Notes: generated by a model not told the origin, from the letters alone. A stretch of 18,162 nucleotides of DNA from a bacterium (GCA_041497675.1 JBGQGY010000078.1:1-18162); one strand, 5' to 3'. Positions 7,016 to 14,730 are shown, counted from the stretch's first letter. Translations and numbers: made by a program.

Positions 7016-10000
7016 GCCGGCCGGTACCGGTCGATCCAGCGTCCAACTGAGCTGCACCGTGGTCCCGCCCGGCGTGGTGAAGGTCTTCACTCCATCCGAA
7101 AATCTCTGCATGATACTTGTTCCACGGCCGCGGCCGCGTTCGACCTGCGGCCGCCACTGACCGAAGTCTCTGACGGTCACAGTGATCGCGTTCCCGGTCA
7201 GCTCTCCTCGGACCACGATATTGCCACGGATGCCACGGTAGGCGTGCTCAACGACATTGAGCGCGGCCTCGCCCACCGCGATGACAATTTCTTCGGCGCG
7301 TCCATCGGACATGCCGAGGCGTCGGACATAGGTACGAACAAGCCGGCGGATCCGGCCGAGGTTTTCGGGTGCGGCGGACAGCGTGGCCGAAGCTGGAGCG
7401 TCCACCGGCAGGACATCCAAAATCAGCAGCGCCACGTCGTCGTCCGGTTCTGCGCCTCCGAGCGCGTGTTCGACCACCGCGTCCACGGCGCGGTCCGCCG
7501 GACTGTCTTGCGTCGCGCGGATTGCCTCCAGCAACCGCCGCTCGCCAACGAGAACATCACGGGTCGCCTCGATGAGGCCGTCGGTGTATGCGACCAGCCG
7601 GCTCCCAGGTTCCAAGGTGGTGTGGGCCTCACGGTACGGCGCCGACAAGGAAACGCCCAACGGGGGACCAGTAGACTCTAGTTGTTCGACGCCGCGATTC
7701 GTCAAGGCGAGCGGGGGAGGGTGGCCGGCCCCGCTGTACACCAGATTTCCGGTGAATGGATCGAAGGCTGCGACCCATAGCGACACCTGCAGGCTGTCGG
7801 CCACGCTGCACAGCAGGCGATTGACGGTTGTAAGGATGCGTACCGGCGTCTGACCCTCGAAAGCGTACGCGCGCACGACGTGTCGCACCTGCCCCATCGC
7901 TGCGGCCGCGGCCATACCGTGGCCGGCCACGTCGCCGATGCTCAGCAGCAGCTGATCATCTGACAGCAAGATTGCGTCATACCAGTCGCCCCCCACCTTG
8001 ACCTCGGGATCCGCCGGACGGTACGTGGCCCCCAGACTCGCAAACGGTGTCTTTGGCAGATCGACGGGGAGCAGCGCTCGCTGTAGAGTTTCCGACAGCT
8101 CTCCGATGCGCCGCTGGGCCTGCTCGAGGAGCTGGAAGCGTGAGATCGTGATCGCGAGCTGATCGGCAATGGGTTGGACGAGCTTCACGTGCGCCTGCGA
8201 GTAGAAGCGGGGTTCATGATGCTCGAGTTTCAGCGTGCCGATGGGCTTTCCGCCCACGCTCATCGGCACAACCGCGTAGGAGCGAATGCCCGCGCTCGCC
8301 AGCACAACGTCTTCGCTAAACTCGTGGGTTTCGGTCGTGTCCTCACGGACGAACGGCGTTCCGGTGTCGAGGACCCAACCGCGCGCCGTCCCGGCCGTGG
8401 GACCCTCCAGGCTCTCGCGCGGTGCGCTCAGCCGGAGTCCCTTAGCGTAGGGCACAATGAGCGAGTTGCGGTCTGGACCGTACAGCGAGACCGCCAGACG
8501 GTCAAAAGGCAGCAGGAGCTGTAACGCCTCCGCGAACTCGTCGAAAGCTGCGCCGGGATCGAGCGAGGACGCGGCGATGGAGATGACACGACCTGCAGCG
8601 TTGACTCGTCGGGCCTCACGCTCGGCGTCCTCCAGCGCCCGGCGCTCGGACGCCGCCAGCCGCGCGTTCGTGATTGCGACCCCCGCGCGGTCCGCGATGA
8701 GTGATGCCAGCCGTTGCTCGTCATCGTCCCAGCCTCGTGCCGACTCGCTCATGACAGACAGAATGCCGAGCGGTTCGCCGCCCGTATAGATCGGCACAGC
8801 GAGCAGTTCGTGTACTCCGAGCGGGCCGAACATGCTGTCGGCCAGGGGGAGCTGTGCGCGGAGGTCCCCGATGTTCGGATCGTCGGCGGTCAACAAGAAC
8901 GGACGCCGGCCGTCGAACAAGGCGGTTGCGAACGGATGATCGACCGGGAGCGGCGCGGCGTCGAACGCGGACCGGAGACGCGTGATCTTTGAGGGATCCT
9001 TGTGGAAGATCGCGCCAAGCCGCGCCGACCGCGCGTCCGGATCGATCAGGGAGATCGCACACCATTCCCCGAAAGACTCGGCACAGCGTTTGGCGACCGT
9101 ATCGAGCAGCACTGCGAGGTCTCGTTGCGTGGCAAACTCGAGCATCATATCGGCAAGGAAGGCCGTGTGCCGCTCGCGTCGCCGTTGCTGGTCGCGGGCG
9201 CGAATCTGCTGCAAGGCAAGCGCGACGCGGTCGGCGGCCGCCCGCGCCACCGTCACGGTCTCATCGTCCCAGACGTGGCCCGGCTTCACGAAGATCGCCA
9301 GGATCCCCAGGGCATCGTCTCCTGCCAGCAGTGGCAGGAACAAGGCAGCGTCAAACTGGAAGCGCGCCAACCAATCGACCCACGCACGCACATCTTCTGG
9401 TACCGTCTCGATCGACTGATCTACCCGCAGCACCATCATTGGCTCAGCCGCTGCGAGCATGCGTCGCAGCAGCGGTCCGCCGTTGGCGAGCGACGCTTCT
9501 GCGAAGGCGGATGTCAGTCGTTCTCGCCCTGCTGTGTCGGTGGAGAAGAAGGCAGCGGGCTCAGGCACTCCCGTGCGCTGGCGGCTGAGAATGAGGCCGC
9601 ATGCGTCTCCCAAGGATTCCGTGAGTTTCTGGCAAACGGCTACCGCAAAATCCTTCCGCTCGGGTTGGAGCATCCGCAGCGTGGCCACTTCGGCGAGAAA
9701 CGTGTCGCGCTGTTTCTGGTGGCGGCTTCTTGCCAGGTCCTCACGCAGCCGCTCATGATACCTCGAGGTGTGCGTTCCCGCGAGCGCCATCAGCGCGCCG
9801 CTGAACAAAAATATCAGAGCCGGGAGGAGTTCGGTGCGCAGCCCGTCGAGGACGTTGCCCACGTGCGGGGTCGAGATGTAGCTGGCCAATACCGTACTGG
9901 CCAAGACGCTGACGAGCCCCGGCCACAGCCCTCCAAAATAGGAGACGAGGAACAGGCCGGGCATGTACAGGAAGAGGAACTGATAGGCGAACAGCTTCGC

Positions 10001-10117
10001 CAGGATCACGAGAATCAGCGAAACAAGGTAGGGGACGAGCACCGCTGCGAGGAACGCGAGGGCCGTCCTGACCGCTCGACGGCGAAGTCCTACTCCTTTG
10101 AAGCGACTTTCACCCAT
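7010..10117 (-). CDS. Membrane sensor: N-terminal TM bundle (DUF4118-like), three GAF domains, SpoIIE/PP2C phosphatase, C-terminal RsbW-like HATPase
   Basis: Hydrophobic N-terminus with GGLWPGL. GAF motifs LFLPL..LGIL, LLAVPI..LGIL and YAVVPM..IGTL. PP2C motifs LQRALLP, VGGDWYD, GDVAGHG, YTDGLIE and DDVALL. HATPase motifs EAALNVVEHAY, VRDFG and GRGRG. Confidence 0.93.
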   Translation of the reverse strand: MGESRFKGVGLRRRAVRTALAFLAAVLVPYLVSLILVILAKLFAYQFLFLYMPGLFLVSYFGGLWPGLVSVLASTVLASYISTPHVGNVLDGLRTELLPALIFLFSGALMALAGTHTSRYHERLREDLARSRHQKQRDTFLAEVATLRMLQPERKDFAVAVCQKLTESLGDACGLILSRQRTGVPEPAAFFSTDTAGRERLTSAFAEASLANGGPLLRRMLAAAEPMMVLRVDQSIETVPEDVRAWVDWLARFQFDAALFLPLLAGDDALGILAIFVKPGHVWDDETVTVARAAADRVALALQQIRARDQQRRRERHTAFLADMMLEFATQRDLAVLLDTVAKRCAESFGEWCAISLIDPDARSARLGAIFHKDPSKITRLRSAFDAAPLPVDHPFATALFDGRRPFLLTADDPNIGDLRAQLPLADSMFGPLGVHELLAVPIYTGGEPLGILSVMSESARGWDDDEQRLASLIADRAGVAITNARLAASERRALEDAEREARRVNAAGRVISIAASSLDPGAAFDEFAEALQLLLPFDRLAVSLYGPDRNSLIVPYAKGLRLSAPRESLEGPTAGTARGWVLDTGTPFVREDTTETHEFSEDVVLASAGIRSYAVVPMSVGGKPIGTLKLEHHEPRFYSQAHVKLVQPIADQLAITISRFQLLEQAQRRIGELSETLQRALLPVDLPKTPFASLGATYRPADPEVKVGGDWYDAILLSDDQLLLSIGDVAGHGMAAAAAMGQVRHVVRAYAFEGQTPVRILTTVNRLLCSVADSLQVSLWVAAFDPFTGNLVYSGAGHPPPLALTNRGVEQLESTGPPLGVSLSAPYREAHTTLEPGSRLVAYTDGLIEATRDVLVGERRLLEAIRATQDSPADRAVDAVVEHALGGAEPDDDVALLILDVLPVDAPASATLSAAPENLGRIRRLVRTYVRRLGMSDGRAEEIVIAVGEAALNVVEHAYRGIRGNIVVRGELTGNAITVTVRDFGQWRPQVERGRGRGTSIMQRFSDGVKTFTTPGGTTVQLSWTLDRPVPAGS

Positions 10118-10458
10118 GCCCTGGCTCCGGCCAGCGCCTCAGCCTGCGACACGAACGTAGGAAACACATCCTTCAGACCCGTAATCGTGAATATACGGTC
10201 GATCTGCGGTTGGTTGAAGACTAAGCCCAGCATGCCGCCGGCTCCCTGCACGTGCTTCAGCGCCGATGTCAGGATCGACAGCGCGGTGCTGTCCAAGTAG
10301 GTCGTGTCCAGCAGGTTTACCAGGAAGTGAACCTGCCCGGTCGCCAGGAGCTCATCCAGCGCCGCCTTCAACTTGGGCGAGGTGTAGAGGTCAATTTCCC
10401 CAGACACGTCGACGACCGGGACGACTCCATCGCGTCGCGTACTGATACTTGCTTCCAC
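10090..10458 (-). CDS. rsbV: STAS domain anti-sigma factor antagonist (RsbV/SpoIIAA family)
   Basis: RBS AGGAGG plus GTG. VSGEIDLYTSPKLK, YLDSTALSIL (phosphoacceptor Ser) and RIFTITGL. Confidence 0.92.
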   Translation of the reverse strand: MEASISTRRDGVVPVVDVSGEIDLYTSPKLKAALDELLATGQVHFLVNLLDTTYLDSTALSILTSALKHVQGAGGMLGLVFNQPQIDRIFTITGLKDVFPTFVSQAEALAGARAWVKVASKE

Positions 10459-10551
10459 GCGACCGTCACCTCCTGTAAGATGTGCCCCCGGCCTCATCAG
10501 CATAGCATAGTCGATGCACGGGTCTCATGTTGCACTCCCCTCTAAGAGCAC

Positions 10552-10594
10552 GTTCCCCTCCCGGTCCGGGTTTGAAACCCGAGCATCGAGGTAA
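10552..10594. promoter_or_regulatory. Overlapping divergent SigB-type promoters (rsbV operon and collagen-like gene)
   Basis: The palindrome GGGTTTgAAACCC (10568-10580) supplies GTTT on both strands. Plus strand: GTTT-N15-AGGTAA. Minus strand: GTTT-N17-GGGAAC. Confidence 0.6.
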
Positions 10595-10632
10595 AACATA
10601 GTCGATAGGCTTCAAAGGAGGGAGGATAGCCC

Positions 10633-10929
10633 ATGAGCAAGTTCGCAGCAGGTTTGATGCTCCTCATGCTCTTGACACCACTGGCCTTGGGCACCGTCGC
10701 GTTGGCCCAGGGCGATCCGCAGCAGCCGCCTCCAGGTCAGCCCGGGGCACCAGGAGCACCTGGGGCTCCCGGTGCGCCCGGCCCGCAGGGGTCGCCCGGC
10801 CCCGCGGGGCCATCGGTCCTCGGATTAGACCCGGCCTTCGTAGTGGTCATCGGAGCATTGTTGCTGCTGGTGATCGTCCTTGCCATCGTAGCGGTGTCCC
10901 GCGGCGGCGAACGGCCGACAACGTCCTGA
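10633..10929 (+). CDS. Small exported, membrane-anchored protein with a short collagen-like Gly-X-Y repeat
   Basis: RBS GGAGG. Signal peptide ending ALA-Q, then GQP-GAP-GAP-GAP-GAP-GPQ-GSP-GPA-GPS, then a C-terminal TM helix. Confidence 0.85.
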   Translation: MSKFAAGLMLLMLLTPLALGTVALAQGDPQQPPPGQPGAPGAPGAPGAPGPQGSPGPAGPSVLGLDPAFVVVIGALLLLVIVLAIVAVSRGGERPTTS

Positions 10930-11007
10930 CTTGACGGGGGCCGGGTTCGAGCCTCGGCCCGCGCCACGCCTTGCGGCTCTGTGTGTTCGCAGGGAGCAAT
11001 CATCAGA

Positions 11008-11257
11008 TCAGCTCGCCCCCCGATCCTTCAGAATCGTCATCGCGATCTTCTCACGGTCAGGCGTACCCCGCGCAAGGGATCGCACGAAATGCGTAAGCTG
11101 CTCCGCCGGCATCGGTAGCTCATAGGGGTCAACGACCGCTTCGATGAGTACAGGGGGCCTCGATCGTGACACCGGTTCCGCCGCATGCGTGCGCAAAGGC
11201 GGCGGAGTCGATCGGCTGCAACTCGCACCCGTACTCGGGGTTACCCAGGAACACCAT
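11008..11257 (-). pseudogene. Remnant of a TPP-dependent pyruvate oxidase/dehydrogenase (PoxB/YdaP-like) C-terminus
   Basis: One frame gives MVFLGNPEYGCELQPIDSAAFAHACGGTGVTIE. After a deletion/frameshift, another frame gives PVLIEAVVDPYELPMP...FVRSLARGTPDREKIAMTIL. The rest of the gene is absent. Confidence 0.75.
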
Positions 11258-11344
11258 TTACCTCCGACCATATCCACATCCCGGCCCGCTCCCACGTGGC
11301 GGCGTTCGTGTGGAAAACGCGTCAAGTGTGCCCGTCCGAACAGC

Positions 11345-11468
11345 AGAGAAAGAGAGAGCGCGCCGGTCTTGGCAGATCAAGTGAATGACCCCGTTGGCCG
11401 GGCGTTGACAGGATCAGTGACCTGATGTACCGGCGCGTCTCTCAGCGAAGGCCGGAGCTTCGCCAACG
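11345..11468 (-). ncRNA. Candidate SigB-dependent structured small RNA (no family recognised)
   Basis: Lies downstream of a GTTT-N15-GGGTAA promoter. It has a 5' hairpin plus a three-helix rod whose wobble pairs form only on the minus strand, and a pyrimidine tail. Confidence 0.5.
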
Positions 11469-11474
11469 CATCTT

Positions 11475-11499
11475 TTACCCGGGACGCTAAGCAGCAAAC
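11475..11499 (-). promoter_or_regulatory. SigB-type promoter with no intact CDS downstream
   Basis: GTTT-N15-GGGTAA on the minus strand. Confidence 0.72.
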
Positions 11500-11659
11500 A
11501 CGGTACAGGACAACTACACATGTGCGCGCTGCTACTCGGTACCCTGGGCAGTAGTAGGCCGCGAGGTCTGGATCCCGGCGGCGAGACAAGTCCTGTGACT
11601 TATCCTCACCTGCACCTCGGGTATGGAGCCCGAGTTGGCCTTCCGATTGGCTAGACAAC

Positions 11660-12004
11660 CTAGCCACCGCGATGGGGACGCTCGTAGAAGCTGGGTGCCA
11701 TTTCCGCCGGACTCACAAAGTCAAGAATGTCCACTCGTTGGGTACGTTCCGGGCTGGCTCGGCGAAGGTCGTCGTCCGTGACGACAACATACTGGTCTTC
11801 TTGGTATTCGTACCCTCGGACGATGTCCTCATTCGCCACGGGCTTTCCGGTGCGCTTATTGATCTTTTGATACCCGATTGGCGAAAAGTCCCGCTTGTCT
11901 AGTAGGGCGAAGTTCAGTTCATCACGGGTCTCGGCCGGGTAAAGCGTGACTGGGACGTTGACGAGCCCAAAACGGATGTGACCCTTCCAGATGGCTTGCG
12001 GCAT
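11660..12004 (-). pseudogene. ku: Truncated NHEJ Ku protein (114 aa N-terminal part)
   Basis: RBS AAGGAG. MPQAIWKGHIRFGLVNVPVTLYPA...IVRGYEY...VDILDFV...FYERP, after which similarity ends abruptly. Confidence 0.9.
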
Positions 12005-12036
12005 GATAACGGCTCCTTGGACTCTCAGTGTGCAAT

Positions 12037-12062
12037 TTACCGCCATTTGGGTCGCCGTAAAC
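12037..12062 (-). promoter_or_regulatory. SigB-type promoter of ku
   Basis: GTTT-N16-CGGTAA. Confidence 0.62.
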
Positions 12063-12147
12063 GCTGTGCGGGCGGGCGCATCTAGCGCGTCTAGGACGAA
12101 GCGACTCTGGAGAAAAGCGGGGTACTCTTCACAAGGAGGTTGGCGGG

Positions 12148-12351
12148 ATGGCTCGTTACGGGAAATCGGCGCAGAGATCTGTCGAGCGAGCGATGCGAAA
12201 ACGCAAGCACGGCACCTTGCGGAGCGGCCGCAGCGGCAAGAGCGTGACCAGCAAGAAACAGGCGATTGCGATCGGGCTATCAGAAGCGCGGAAGAAAGGC
12301 GGCAAGGTCCCGTCGAGATCACGAAGTCGAGCGAAAAGATCGAAGGGATAG
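12148..12351 (+). CDS. DUF6496-like small basic protein
   Basis: RBS AAGGAGG. GTLRSGRSGKSVTSKKQAIAIGLSEARKKG signature. Confidence 0.88.
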   Translation: MARYGKSAQRSVERAMRKRKHGTLRSGRSGKSVTSKKQAIAIGLSEARKKGGKVPSRSRSRAKRSKG

Positions 12352-12392
12352 CACATGTCTACCCCGAGGTTGGAGCGCGGCTCGACCATACT

Positions 12393-12539
12393 CTAGGCCG
12401 TGCGCCCGCCCGTGATGAAATTGTAGAGTAGAACGATCGCCGCAACGACGAGGAGCAGGTGAATGAGGCTTCCTGCCACATGGAGGCTGAAGCCAAGAAT
12501 CCACAAGACGAGAAGAACGACAAGCAGAGTCCACAGCAT
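12393..12539 (-). CDS. lmo0937-family (DUF5670) small membrane protein, copy 1 (48 aa)
   Basis: Not in the ORF track. RBS AAGGAG. MLWTLLVVLLVLWILGFSLHVAGSLIHLLLVVAAIVLLYNFITGGRTA. Confidence 0.9.
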   Translation of the reverse strand: MLWTLLVVLLVLWILGFSLHVAGSLIHLLLVVAAIVLLYNFITGGRTA

Positions 12540-12583
12540 CGCGTATCTCCTTTTGCGCTCGATTCTGCGCTATGCCCCAAGTT

Positions 12584-12609
12584 TTTCCCCGATCGTGCAG
12601 GCGATAAAC
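12584..12609 (-). promoter_or_regulatory. SigB-type promoter of lmo0937-family copy 1
   Basis: GTTT-N16-GGGAAA. Confidence 0.7.
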
Positions 12610-12649
12610 CAACCGTGTGGGCGCGTGGGAACCGAGCATCCCCTCGCGT

Positions 12650-12674
12650 GTTTGGCACTTCACAGAGCGGGACA
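12650..12674 (+). promoter_or_regulatory. SigB-type promoter of the yciF-like pseudogene
   Basis: GTTT-N15-GGGACA. Confidence 0.55.
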
Positions 12675-12718
12675 TAACCAAGACGCAGGTCCATTTCTCA
12701 CTCGTGAGGTGAAGGTCC

Positions 12719-13054
12719 ATGAAGATGTCGTCGTTGCGCGATTTGTTTTGTAGAGGAGCTCCGAGACCTCTACAATGCTGGGTCTCAGCTCGTGAAGGCG
12801 CTGCCCAAGATGGTGAAAGCGGCACAGAACGCCTGAAGCAGGCCTTCAAAGAGCATTTGGAACAAACCCGCGGCCACGTCCAGCGCATCGAGGAGATCTT
12901 TGAGGGTCTCGACGGGAGCCCGAAAGGCAAGAAGTGCGTCGGGATGGAGGGTCTCATCGCGTAGGGAAGCGAGTTAATGAAACAGGACGGAGAAGAGGCC
13001 GTGATCGACGCGGGATTGATTCTGGCCGCACAGAAGGTCGAGCATTACGAGATT
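12719..13054 (+). pseudogene. YciE/YciF (DUF892) ferritin-like pseudogene
   Basis: MKMSSLRDLF, then a +1 shift to VEELRDLYNAGSQLVKALPKMVKAA, then a shift back to LKQAFKEHLEQTRGHVQRIEEIF...CVGMEGLIA, then TAG at 12962-12964, then IDAGLILAAQKVEHYEI, then truncated. Confidence 0.9.
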
Positions 13055-13090
13055 CGCGGAGCGCAGACTAGCGAATCCGAAACAAGGAGC

Positions 13091-13116
13091 GTTTGGTCGA
13101 CGAAGCCCACGGGTAA
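13091..13116 (+). promoter_or_regulatory. SigB-type promoter of the intact DUF892 gene
   Basis: GTTT-N16-GGGTAA. Confidence 0.78.
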
Positions 13117-13169
13117 AATCGCAACGCAAATCAGCGTGACAGATTCCAAAAAAGGAGGGCGGAGAAGCC

Positions 13170-13847
13170 ATGGACGAGCGTCAGCCGCAATCTGACGAAC
13201 GTGAACAGCCAGGCCACCAGGACGACGATTGGGAGCGAGGGGGACGCCAGGCTCCAAAGCCGGGACCGGGGCACATGCCGGAAAGGAATCCACAACAGCC
13301 CGGCGGCGAGAGAATGCCGGATGCACCGGGAGTCCCGCGAGTGCGACGCCTTCTTACCACGTTACGAGATCTGTATGTTGTCGAGCTGCGAGACCTCCGG
13401 AGCGCTGAGGGTGCTGTCGAAGCGGCGTTTGCACAAATGGGACAAGGCGCGTCCACGGTCCCTCTTCAAGGGCTACTCACGCAGTGTGTTCAACAAGCCC
13501 GGCGCCACATTGGGGCGCTTGATGCCGTACTCGCCGAGACGAGACCGGCGAATCGTGATGACCAGAGTCAGGGGATGCAAGGAATTGCCGATGCGGGTAG
13601 CCGGCTCGTCCAGGAGCACCAGGCGTCTGTAGCGCTGGATGCCGCTCTGATCGGCGTCGCCCAAAAGGCGGCCCTCTACAAGATGGCGGGTTACGACTCG
13701 GCGCGCTGTTTTGCCGGTGTCCTTGGTGATGCCGAGACGCACCGCGTCTTGCAGGAGTGTCTGAACGACGAAGCGGATGCCGATCGCTGGCTGACGCGAC
13801 TTGCCGAGGACCTGGTCAATGTCCGCGCGCTCGCGCCGGAGCGTTGA
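13170..13847 (+). CDS. YciE/YciF (DUF892) ferritin-like protein with a low-complexity N-terminal extension
   Basis: RBS AAGGAGG. TLRDLYVVELRDLRSAE, GMQGI, LDAALIGVAQK, LNDEADADRWLTRLAE and VNVRA. Confidence 0.85.
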   Translation: MDERQPQSDEREQPGHQDDDWERGGRQAPKPGPGHMPERNPQQPGGERMPDAPGVPRVRRLLTTLRDLYVVELRDLRSAEGAVEAAFAQMGQGASTVPLQGLLTQCVQQARRHIGALDAVLAETRPANRDDQSQGMQGIADAGSRLVQEHQASVALDAALIGVAQKAALYKMAGYDSARCFAGVLGDAETHRVLQECLNDEADADRWLTRLAEDLVNVRALAPER

Positions 13848-13957
13848 CGTCCGCTTCGTGTGGTCTCGACGACCGGCCACGACGGCGCGAGCGCTGCAGC
13901 CCGGGCTTGCCTTCAAGCGAGCACTCTAGTGAGCGGAATGTGTGGAGGTGGCGCAGT

Positions 13958-14125
13958 ATGAGACAGGTGAAGAAAGTGTCCCCTCAGACCAAGCCCCGAA
14001 AGAGACGAGGGACGCAGATCGACGAGACGAAGGTGCGGGCGCCTTCGACACGCCCAGCCGGCAGAGTTCGGCGCGCGAAGGTTTCACCGGCTGCCCCGCC
14101 GCGCTGGGACGACCAGGCTCCTTGA
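13958..14125 (+). CDS. Small basic hypothetical protein (55 aa)
   Basis: GGAGGT RBS before ATG. K/R/P-rich. No family recognised. Confidence 0.4.
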   Translation: MRQVKKVSPQTKPRKRRGTQIDETKVRAPSTRPAGRVRRAKVSPAAPPRWDDQAP

Positions 14126-14154
14126 CTCAGGGCGCTTCGCTCGGTTGTCGCCCG

Positions 14155-14289
14155 TTATGACAGGCGAGACCGTGGCCGCAGTTCGCCCTCTACGTCAAAA
14201 ATCTCCGCGACCTCGATGACAACTCCAGCCTGTCGGTGGTTGAGGACGACCAGGAACGCTTCCCCCTGATCCATACCCTGCCAGATCAT
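14155..14289 (-). CDS. Possible small hypothetical protein (44 aa) or gene fragment
   Basis: GGGAGG just upstream. MIWQGMDQGEAFLVVLNHRQAGVVIEVAEIFDVEGELRPRSRLS. Confidence 0.3.
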   Translation of the reverse strand: MIWQGMDQGEAFLVVLNHRQAGVVIEVAEIFDVEGELRPRSRLS

Positions 14290-14381
14290 TCCTCCCGGTG
14301 CTCGCCAGACCTCGAAACTAGGCAATTGGGTCTCCCTCCCAGTCTAGTAGGATCACACGACGGACCGCGGGTGTGAGGGCC

Positions 14382-14561
14382 TTACGACACTCGAGCCTCT
14401 CGCGAGGCGATCAGGAAGGCAACACCGCCGGCAATCGCTAAGACGCCCAAAATTGGAGGGAGCGACGCCACCCCAAACGCGCCGCCCGCTCCGATCGCGT
14501 ATGCGACAGAGGCTATGCTTAGCGCAATCAAGAGCGTTGCGACCATCATCAGGCGCCGCAT
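14382..14561 (-). CDS. Small two-TM membrane protein (59 aa), shortened paralog of 15639-15869
   Basis: Not in the ORF track. MRRLMMVATLLIALSIASVAY...LPPILGVLAIAGGVAFLIASREARVS. Starts 16 nt after the upstream stop. Confidence 0.7.
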   Translation of the reverse strand: MRRLMMVATLLIALSIASVAYAIGAGGAFGVASLPPILGVLAIAGGVAFLIASREARVS

Positions 14562-14577
14562 CGTCGGTGGTCCGGCC

Positions 14578-14730
14578 TCAGATAGCCGGTCTTCGCCACT
14601 GAATGATGTTGATCACGAGAACGGCCAGCGCAATGACAAGAAGCAAGTGGATGAATCCACCGAGTGTGTAGGACGAGACCAAACCCAGCAGCCACAGCAC
14701 TAACAGGATTACAAAGATCGTCCAAAGCAT
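14578..14730 (-). CDS. lmo0937-family (DUF5670) small membrane protein, copy 2 (50 aa)
   Basis: Not in the ORF track. MLWTIFVILLVLWLLGLVSSYTLGGFIHLLLVIALAVLVINIIQWRRPAI. Confidence 0.9.
   Translation of the reverse strand: MLWTIFVILLVLWLLGLVSSYTLGGFIHLLLVIALAVLVINIIQWRRPAI

Noticed and set aside
9002..10300. 432 aa plus-strand ORF and other long antisense ORFs (1715-2956, 16168-17085)
   Set aside because: Shadow frames opposite well-supported genes in GC-rich DNA, with no recognisable motifs.
10735..10815. Tandem repeat or CRISPR-like array
   Set aside because: It is a 9 nt coding periodicity of Gly-X-Y codons, with no spacers or cas genes.
10937..10966. tRNA T-arm-like CCGGG-TTCGAGC-CTCGG followed by GCCA, as a possible att-site tRNA fragment
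   Set aside because: Spacing to CCA is 2 nt too short, there is no rest of a cloverleaf and no integrase. It is more simply a hairpin after the gene's stop codon.
11345..11468. Assignment of the rod RNA as SRP (4.5S) or 6S RNA
   Set aside because: It lacks the SRP GGAA tetraloop domain, and it is shorter than 6S with no large central bubble.
12089..12125. SigB-type promoter for the DUF6496 gene (GGGTAC at 12120-12125)
   Set aside because: No GTTT-like -35 at 15-17 nt spacing, so it is not counted.
12962..12964. In-frame TAG as a recoding signal (pyrrolysine or alternative code)
   Set aside because: The same gene also has frameshifts and a truncation, and TAG ends intact genes here (metG, rsbW, rsbV).
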